Of a stretch of 64,000 bases of DNA, positions 55,151-64,000 are shown one piece after another. Below the pieces are notes generated by a model, which had not been told where the DNA came from, did not search any database, and was given only the letters and a program-made list of their open reading frames with translations. The first letter of the stretch is position 1; every line of letters begins with the position of its first letter. The position numbers and the translations under genes were made by a program. Origin of the DNA: Epiperipatus broadwayi (taxonomy: Eukaryota; Animalia; Onychophora); assembly GCA_028023455.1 (NCBI GenBank), contig JAQFVV010000001.1, forward strand, positions 4,588,001 to 4,652,000, given 5' to 3'.

Positions 55151-55835
55151 TTAATCAATAAATAGAATATTTTTTTGAAAATTACAAATGTTTTACAGAA
55201 AAATTAATGGGAGGAGGATTTAATTTTTGTTTTGTGTGCATTTGTTTTCGAAAATAAAATAAAAATAATGTTTATGTCAAATTTTATATTTTCTTTTATC
55301 AAAATAATACTAAAATACAAATTGCAAAGTAGTTGCATAATTTTATTGAAAAAATAGTAAAATACAAAATTGTATTTTTTTTCTCTTTTTTTTTTTTTAT
55401 CCCTTTTTGAAGAATTGAAGTAAACAACAATAGCAATAAAAATTAGCTTAATGTAATAAAAATCTATTTTAAAAAAAGCTATGTGACAAAACCGTACAAA
55501 AAAGATCAAGTGAACCTTTTTTTGATATTATTTACTGATGAAAAATAGCACGAATGTTCTGAAGGAAGGCTAAAAAAAGATCAGATTGCTACTGTTACCA
55601 TTGCAAAGGTTTTTTTCCCCAGCATCTATAAAATATCCAGATAAGACTGGACAGTTCTGGCAATATGCTTTTCCCATCTTCTGAATTTCAGCCTTCAAAA
55701 GAATATTTGTTAACATGATATTTTTAGTCATTCCATCAGCATTATAATGTCAATAGGGGAATGTGACAACAATCCCACGTGTTAAGCCAATAAACATCAC
55801 ATGACTACCTCCTCTTATGCTTGTGTATAACTGTG

Positions 55836-56176
55836 TTAAAACAGGCAAAACTCACTATATATATTGCCACACACAGCAAGCTAGAGTAATCAATGGATGC
55901 CAACATTAAGATGTTTTCAATTTAAGACTCATAGTTTTGTAGTTAAATGGAGATAAAAGGTGATTGCTGGAGGGTTGCATTAGATCCTAAGATCTAGATG
56001 CAGTGCTCTCAGATCCAAGGCTCCTCACTGACAAAGGTCATAAGCCAGAAACTAGTCTGGGGATATTGGACGAGTAGGTACTAGATGGGGATTTTATGAA
56101 CAAGCCTTCTGGCATCCATTGATTACTCTAGCTTGCTGTGTGTGGCAATATATATAGTGAGTTTTGCCTGTTTTAA
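55836..56176. repeat. Perfect 67-bp inverted repeat around a 207-bp spacer
   Basis: 55836-55902 is the exact reverse complement of 56110-56176; TTAA at both outer ends; 14-bp direct repeat AATCCCACGTGTTA at 55771-84 and 56175-88. Confidence 0.9.
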
Positions 56177-57154
56177 TCCCACGTGTTATTGTAGGTCAGC
56201 CATTTGTAGGTGTAGATAACTGAGTCATGTGTGTATTCTCTCTGTCAACTAGGGGGAGATTTGATCTGTTTTGGTGCCATACACACACACAAATAGCATA
56301 CCTTTTCAAGCCTAATGCTCAGAATCTGTCTACCAGATCAGAACTTTCAGAGATTTTTTTCCCCTTGATTGATAACAATATCTTCAGAAAAAATCAAACT
56401 TGTTTAATGAAATTGCAATTTCACTTTTTCCCTTTTCATCATACAAAAAAATTATCTCATCATTTTTATTTTTATATGATTTTATCAAAAGTGAAACAAT
56501 GTTTTATCACAAAAGCATGTATTAAATTTGATATCAACAATAATATCTAATTGTCGCATTTATTTTCCGTTTATCAATTAATATTTTTGATAATTTTTTT
56601 GATAATTTTTACCTTTCAGTGATTTCACAACGTACGTAAAAAACGCATAGGGCTCATATCAATACCAAATATAAGTTAACTAAATTATAACTTATGCTAA
56701 GATAATTTTTTTTCAAAAACTATTCAAATAGAAGTTATTGAAAATATAGAGATTCTAATTAGAATTAATCTAACTATATTTTGATTTATTTAGTTAGCAA
56801 ATACATAATTATTTTTATATACATAAATTTGTATATATGAATGTTTATACTAAATATCTGCTCATGCACATAAATATATGTAACTCGCTTATAAATGTGA
56901 TTAAGTATGAGATTAATTTATTCATGTATTACTGTGAGAACTTATTATATTTCAGATTATTTAAAAATTATAAAGTTAAGTAACTATTGCATTAATATTT
57001 GTTTTTTATAAATGGTTGTGATAATAAACAGTATTCAAGTCTGATAAAGTCTTATAATGATAATGAAGAATAAATCATGATGTTATTTGATTCATTGTTA
57101 TTTCACTAATTGATTTGTTTATGGATTTTTTGTGTTAGTGAATATGTTACATAT

Positions 57155-58398
57155 ACAGGTTGTTCAGTGGAAAGATAATTGGTTCTCTTTCCAAGTTGCT
57201 TATACTGCCATCTGTGGATCAACATGTGTTAAATAGTCATAGTTTAGCTATTAACCACATAAATTTTAAGGCATTTGCATATCTGAATCATATCATCTGG
57301 TATGAAATGTGATTGTGTTTTGTATATTGGTAGAAAACTCTTGCTAGAATAATATACTAATGTTAAACTTTTTTTAAATTGGGTAAAACTACTACTGAAT
57401 CGTTTGAAATGATTCAAACTATGTTTATTAGTGAATCCATATATCGTGAGAATGTTTTTTAATGGCAGATAGAATATTGAATACAATCTACAGCAGGACA
57501 CATCAAAAACAATAAGAAATAATGTGCAAAGAATTGTTGAAATTCTTTAAACCGATCATTATGTGTCTGTAAAACTTATTAAGGAACTCACTGGTATTCC
57601 TAAAATCACTATACACTGTATTTTAACAAAATATTTGAAAATATAGAAGCTCTGCATATTCTTTGTGCCTCACCTGTCAATAATTGACTAAAAAGATGCC
57701 AAAAGTAAACATTGCAGAGACATGCAAAGAACTACACCTACAGATCCAGAATTCTTGTTAAACATTTATAATGGGTGATGAGACATTATGTTTTCAATAC
57801 AATCCATCAACCAATCTCCAGATGTGGAATAGAAATTGTTAAAAAGAAAAAAACCAAATAAATTGTAAATACAAAAGATACAAATTTAAAATATTGCTCA
57901 CCATTTTATTTTTGGTTCTAAGGCATTGTTCACCATGAAGATCTGGCAATAAATGCTAACAACTATTTGGATGTTTTTAATTGTTTATCTGTCAAAATGT
58001 TATATTAGTGGCTTGAATATCAAGGGCAAGTCTCTTAATTAATGTTGCATGATAATATGTTGACCCATGATTTCTTTGGTCAAAAAAACATTGCTGGAGC
58101 TTCCACCCGATTCTTTTTCTTTAACTTTTTTTTACTTTTGGCCATTTCAAAAATTAATGTTGGTCATGAAAAGAGCATATCATGGTTAATTCAAAACATC
58201 CAAAAAACTTGCAACAAAATTTCTGCAGTTAATTTTGATTGATGAATTCAAGAACTGCTTCAAACAGTTTAACTCTCATTTACACAGTATACCGAGTCAC
58301 TAAGATTATTTTGAATAATCAATAATAAAAAATAAAGTATAAATAACACTTTGTATTTTATTTCATATCAGTCACCTTTTCACTAGAAGACACTGTGT
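57155..58398 (+). mobile_element. Degraded mariner-like element (~1.24 kb)
   Basis: TA-CAGGTTGTTCAGTGGAAAG left end with a degenerate right end. Fragments FVPHL (WVPHEL), DPEFLLNI..GDET..FQYNP and LHDN (HDNA) of the mariner transposase. Confidence 0.8.
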
Positions 58399-59629
58399 AT
58401 CCATATATCATTTCAACTTTGATCACAAGTTGTAAATATACATCACGTGATCACCATTTCTTATGCTTGTAAATATACTGAGCAGCCTGACATTTAAAGA
58501 GAAACTCATAATCTTTTCATTATCACAGTTACTGGATTTTTTTATATGTTGCTATGAAATTGCAGATGAAAGTACAATATGGTGAGTGACTTATTCAAAA
58601 ATAATATTGGACTTTAGTGAATGTTTAAAATATATTATGACAAATTGCCTCTATCAAAACCTACAGTATATGCAAGTGTGAAAAAATTATAAAAATTAGC
58701 AATCTGAAGTTCTTCAGTTTTTAATGAAAATGACATATTCATAAAGGCAGAGTTTTTTTTGAATCCTAACAAATTTCAACATTTAATTGCAGTGTCTTAT
58801 ATAGCAGTCTATAAAATCTTGCACAAGCATTGAAATAACTATTGCTATAATTTGTATCTCATATAAAAAAAAATTGACGCAGTAAAAGCTCTGTAAAAAT
58901 TTTCAGTATGCTGAATAAAAATAAATTTATTTATGATAAAAATATTTTACAAATTTAGTAACAAACGCTTAGAAAATAATTATGTTGGAATAATGTTGAT
59001 AAACAGCAAAAAATAATTTGAGTTGTATTACAATAAAACAACATATAAATTGTAGTGTTAATGGATATTTCAATACAAAGTAGACAGCAAATAAATTTTA
59101 ATTCTAAATAATTAACTCATAAATATTTTTAAAAAGTGCAAACTTCAAGCATATTTTGTTGTCTGTTATTATTCACTCATTAGAAATCAATTTGAAAAGT
59201 ATTTGTATGTATTCAGCATGATTCTATAATAAGTAGGAATAATGTGATCTTCAACAAACAATTCATAGATTTATCAGAACTTATTATAAATAACATAACA
59301 AATTCATATAATTCAGTCATTTAAAAATTATGAAAATGACCACTAAATTTTTATGGTTGTTCAACTTTATTATCTTAATATGAATCTATTTATTTTTTAA
59401 TATTTTTACTTAATTTTGAATGGCCATATATTAAAATAATAATCTATAAAAAGATCATTACATAAATTTAAGATTAAATAAAATATTCTTAAATAAATAT
59501 CTGCAAAACTGTAGCTCTAATTTTTTGACCAGTTATTTTTTTTTCTTATCTAAATAAAACATAGCTAAATGAGAACATTTTTAAAGATAGAGGGAGTTTG
59601 GTGGAGAAAGGAAGTGAAGCCTTATCTCT

Positions 59630-59760
59630 AAATCAGCTTGTGATAAAAAATATCTTTATTATCAAAAGAAGTGTGAATATTCTTCTTATATAGGGAGAGT
59701 TTATCAGTTGATAATATGAAGTTTTCAAGCATTATTAGCAACATACAGTTTTATTTAAGA
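59630..59760 (+). mobile_element. Possible short GIY-YIG (PLE) fragment
   Basis: Translates CDKKYLYYQKKCEYSSYIGRVYQL, echoing IYxIxCxxCxxxYIG. Short and decayed. Confidence 0.25.
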
Positions 59761-60996
59761 AAGGTAAGGGAGAAGTAATTGTTAAGTTTTTCTATTCCTT
59801 TTTTTAATTACTATATAAAATATTCACTGTGTATGTACCAATATATAAATTAAAATTAATATTCTACAGATTACTTTTAATATTTATTAAAGTTTCCAAT
59901 AGCATATATGTGATTTAAAAACTCAGAAGATTCATAATGAAGAGAGGTAAAAATATAGTGCAAATTCCTAATCTGGAAGAATAGTATACCTTGAACAGTA
60001 CTGATTGGAGTAGCAAAATTTTCAAATTCATGACTTCTAAAACATTCATGCTTTGTCAAAAATTTAAAGAAATTTTAATTTCCATATCAACAATGTATAA
60101 ATAAGTATAAATATATTGCAATATAAAAAAAGAACATTTAAGCACCATCCATCAATTCACAATTGTTTCGAAATATCTCTTGTATAATGTAATAGATTTA
60201 TTTTATTAATGCTAATATATTTAGTTCTATGTAATATAAATTGTAAATGGAATGCTGATTAAAACAAAAAAAAAAAAATTTCTTCATGGTTTTATTAATA
60301 ACAGTATTATAACATTAAATTTTTAAGAACTTACTAACATTTTTAAATCATCATAATAATAGTTTATTACATTGATTACAAACTCTGCTATTTAATGTTC
60401 TCCCATCCACCTATACTTTCCATCTAAAATTAAATTTGATCTTTTTGAAAAAGAATAACAATGTTTTTAGCATTAAAACGATTTTAGCGTAATGCTTATT
60501 CAGCAATCTGTTTTTGACTCCACTAAACCCTTTAGATTTAATTTATTTTTGAAGATTACAGATTAAGTTTTAAAAAATGTAGTATTGAAGTTATGTTTTT
60601 ATTGAGTCAGCTTATTCAGTAATTCCTCCATTCTCTTTAATAGTTTGATTGTAAAGATAAATTAACTAAAAGTCTTTCTTAAGTATATGCTAGATTTTCA
60701 AAATCATTAAGTAGAATATAATCATATGACAATTAGGCTTATTAATTAAGGTGAATTTATTGAATTGTATGTTTTATTTAATTTTAAAATATTGATTATA
60801 TATATGGATTGGGATTTTTTTAATGTCTATGTATTCAATATAAAGTCTAATATTTGAAATACAGGCACTCTTCATATACCTGGAGCCTAATTGTAAATAT
60901 AGGGGATTTGAAGTCAGACGTTCAACCATCTTTCAACTATCCACACTATCTCATATCATTAATACACATGATCACACACACATGTAGAAAAGATCA

Positions 60997-61055
60997 ATAA
61001 TCACCTATACACGTATTTCTTACTGAACCAGCACTCGTCAGTTGGTCCAGATTAT
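60997..61055 (-). ncRNA. Type I hammerhead ribozyme, diverged copy
   Basis: Minus strand ATAATC-TGG-ACCAA-CTGACGA-GTGCTGGTTCAGTAA-GAAA-TACGTG-T-A-TAGGT-GATTAT. The core is intact; stems have mismatches. Confidence 0.75.
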
Positions 61056-61506
61056 CATCTCTCACACATATGTATAATCAATGCTCACTTTATATTAATA
61101 TAGCAAATCCTCACGCTTTAATGGACAGGTTTCAATCTGTTCCAACCCCCAACTCTTCAACCATTCATACCATTGAAAATCTGATGATGAAAAGTCCAAA
61201 TCCCATGTTGACCCCTCATGTACAGGACCATATCCATTTAAATACATAGAAGAGGGATGAACATAATGCAGGCTTAATGTGTATTATTTGAAATACAGGC
61301 ACTTTTTGTATACCTGTTCATCCCTCTTCTATGTATTTAAATGGATACGGTCCTATACATGAGGGGTTAGAGTGACTTGAGGTCAACATGGGCATGGCAA
61401 AAATATTGGCATCAGCATGAGATTTGGGCTTTCCATCATCAGATTTTCAATGATATGGGTGGCTGAAGAGTTTAAGCAGATTAAAACTGAGCCCTGATTA
61501 TATATA

Positions 61507-61543
<37 letters not shown>

Positions 61544-61547
61544 AATG

Positions 61548-61606
61548 ATAATCTGGACCAACTGATGAGTGCTGGTTCAGCATGAAATACATATATTGGT
61601 GATTAT
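61548..61606 (+). ncRNA. Type I hammerhead ribozyme, best-preserved copy
   Basis: ATAATC-TGG-ACCAA-CTGATGA(61562-68)-GTGCTG-GTT-CAGCAT-GAAA(61584-87)-TACATA-T-A-TTGGT-GATTAT. Full core, 5-bp plus 6-bp stem I with a TGG bulge, 5-6-bp stem II; predicted cleavage after A61595. Confidence 0.85.
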
Positions 61607-62234
61607 TTATTTTTTTCTACATGTGTGTGATCATGTGTATCAGTGATATGAGATAGTGTGAAAGGTGCTTAAAAGTCTGAGTCCTCAATATAAATTATTA
61701 ATTAGATGACTGCATACTCCGGCTAAGATATTAAAGTCTGGAGATTGTAAAATATTAAAAGCTATCTTTATATTTTATGTGGATTCTAGAAGTTTTCACA
61801 AGAATAGCGATCTGTTTAATATATAATATCAGGGATATGTAAAAAAGATTGTACTTAAATTCAGGAATTTTATTTTTCCTAAGACAGACATTGAAGTCAT
61901 AATATTTGGATTGCTTGAAAGATATGTTGTTGTTTTTTTTGCTTTTTTATACTTGTTTCTATCTGTATTTATGTGTGTGTGTGTGTGTGTTTATTCAGGA
62001 ATTGGAGTTTGTGATTTTGGTGCACAGGAGTATTGTCTTCAGTTTATACAAATAATGTAATTTAAAAATTTGAGTTGCTCTCATATTCCATTTTCATATT
62101 ATTAAGATTAATTATTATTTAACTTTAAACTGTATAATAAAAAAATAAATAAGTCCTTCTGAAAATAATAAGGGAATATAACTTTTAAAAAAAGTTTTAT
62201 ATATATTTATAAAAGTATAATAGTTTAATAAAAA

Positions 62235-64000
62235 TGTGTTAGATGCGATGCACTGTGATTTCTCCTTATATGGAGTCAGGAATCTGTCAGCAACTATGCC
62301 CAGAGAAACCAGTTAGCCACTTTGACTTTCCCTTTCCATTCCCCACCCCAAGTTTTCCATATTTTCTATCCTGCTCCACACCATTTCCACAGCATAATCA
62401 TTGTCAAGTCCTTTCTCAAACCCAGCATAAAAACCAATAAGCCACTTTCTGTATAATCACTTTGTTCATATTTATTCTTCCACAACTTCATTATTTATAC
62501 CTTTTCTGCTTTCAGACATTTACATTCAATTAACAGATGCCTAATATTTTCTATGTCTTCCTTACACAACTTGCAGACTAAATCACCCATATTTTTCCAT
62601 TTATGTGTATATTCCCTTGTTGATAAAGATCCTGTTGAAGCCTTAATTAGCAAACTACTTTCCTTGCTATTATCGTAAATTAACTCACACCCAATATTCT
62701 GTTTACTTCTATAAATATTTAAACACTTTTTACTCTCCATACTAGCTTTCCATCTCTCCAACTCCATATTCTTTATTAATGCATCTATTCTTCTATCCCA
62801 TTCCTTACTACTATAACACTCAACAATCCTCCTAACACAATCATCTGGTTTGTATAAATATACTGATATACATCTTTATCCAAATCTTCTGCATACCACA
62901 TTACCTTTATCACCCTTCTTGTTGCCTGCTCTTTAATCGTAACCCAATTAAAACACATCTGCATCTAATATATGTCTTCCTACTTCCTTTTATACTTTTT
63001 CTAAGTAATCTAATACCCTTTTACTAACTCACAACGCATCATTGCCATATGTTAATACTGCTACTGCAACTCCTTTCTATACAGTTCTAGCTATATCATA
63101 TTTATTATATGAAAATACTGTCAATTTCTTTATCAATTCTTTTCTTTTCTTTACTTCATTTATCAATTTTTTCTTCCATTCATCCAAACAATTTTTCTGA
63201 TTACTTAAGATGATTCCCAAATAACTATATCCACCACACTTAACTTTATATCCCCCAATAAAAATTATTCATCTTCTCTTTCCCCAATATTAACCATCAT
63301 TATATTCTATTTTTCTTCACTAAATTTAATCCCCATCTCTTTACCCACCCTTGTGCATGTCCTCAGCATAATTTCCATATCTTCTCTTCTTTCTGCACAC
63401 AAAAAGACATCATCTGCAAAAAAAAAAGTCCAGACAAAGTATATACTCCCTTGCCACCTATTAACAGTATTTCTATTCCTCTTCCTAGTCTTTCTATTGC
63501 TCTCTTCCATTTTTACTCAAATATAACAAAAACAAAATAGGTGACATAGGGCATCCTTGCCTTAGTCCCACCCCATTTTTAACTTTAACTGATTCTATAT
63601 CCTCTAATTGATATATATATAATAATTATTTTCATATAATCTCTTAATAATATCCACTAAGGCTTCATCCATTCCCAAATTTACTAAACTTACCCATAAT
63701 CTATTTCTATTTACTCTATCATATCCCTTCTCTATATCTATAAAACTCATATATAACTGTCTATCTGAATTTCTACTCATATCCATAAGTTGTGTATTTC
63801 TATTTACTCTATCATATACCTTCTCTATATCTATAAAACTCATATATAACTGTCTACCTGAATTTCTACTCATTATCCATTAGTTGTGTAACTACAAATA
63901 AACTATCTCCTATATGCTTATCTGACCTAAAACCTCCTTGCACTTCACCCACTACACTATTTTTTTCCATTCATTTTACAACTCTTCCAGTCACCATATA
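62235..64000 (-). mobile_element. LINE (RT plus C-terminal CCHC; RTE-X-like, clade tentative), running off the window end
   Basis: Fragments YMSFIDIEKGYDRVNR, GLRQGCPMSP, FFADDVFL, YKYLG and CKLCKEDIENIRHLLIEC; frameshifted. Confidence 0.9.
63702..63873. repeat. 93-bp-period in-frame tandem duplication inside the RT
   Basis: Peptide MSRNSxRQLYMSFIDIEKxYDRVNRN occurs twice in ORF 63604-63873; the DNA unit starts at 63702 and 63795. Confidence 0.9.

Larger units (their letters stand above)
60851..61695. mobile_element. Head-to-head inverted pair of hammerhead-containing repeats (family 2, copies 2 and 3)
   Basis: The left copy (to 61263) and right copy (from 61315) are reverse-complementary, with near-perfect inner arms (CCATTTAAATACATAGAAGAGGGATGAACA). 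A 32-bp direct repeat with 3 mismatches sits at 60851-60882 and 61285-61316. Confidence 0.85.

Noticed and set aside
61175-61215. Extra CTGATGA motif (and its mirror near 61430) as another hammerhead
   Set aside because: Both copies read CCAAAT where GAAA is required, and no stem I or III can be formed.
1134-63873. Most short ORFs in the six-frame track (60-125 aa, F/I/L/K/N/Y-rich)
   Set aside because: Their composition is that of translated AT-rich noncoding DNA or the antisense strand of TEs; no motifs or splice context.

Overview
AT-rich, CpG-depleted eukaryotic DNA, most likely from an invertebrate (arthropod/chelicerate-like; a guess from composition and TE content). The only host gene I can support is the terminal coding exon of a TBC1D1/TBC1D4 (AS160/pollux)-family Rab-GAP (26965-27474, +). 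No upstream exon was found, so 1-26964 is read as one large intron. The rest is a transposon landscape: a TSD-bounded RTE LINE (14810-17732), a degraded Gypsy element with ~2.1-2.3 kb LTRs (34727-43431, -), pogo, mariner and piggyBac derivatives, other LINE fragments and several Penelope-like element (PLE) remnants. The most notable signals are not in the ORF track. (i) Three copies of a repeat whose consensus folds as a complete type I hammerhead ribozyme with a palindromic stem III (47.5, 61.0, 61.55 kb). (ii) A PLE 3' region holding a tRNA-like Pol III promoter followed by a hammerhead-like core, which also occurs without coding DNA as a SINE-like unit (11.6, 13.0, 53 kb). (iii) A perfect 237-bp-arm palindrome with a 13-bp flanking direct repeat (34156-34657). 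(iv) Repeated head-to-head inverted insertions. All calls were made by eye and from recalled family motifs; no alignments or database searches were run.
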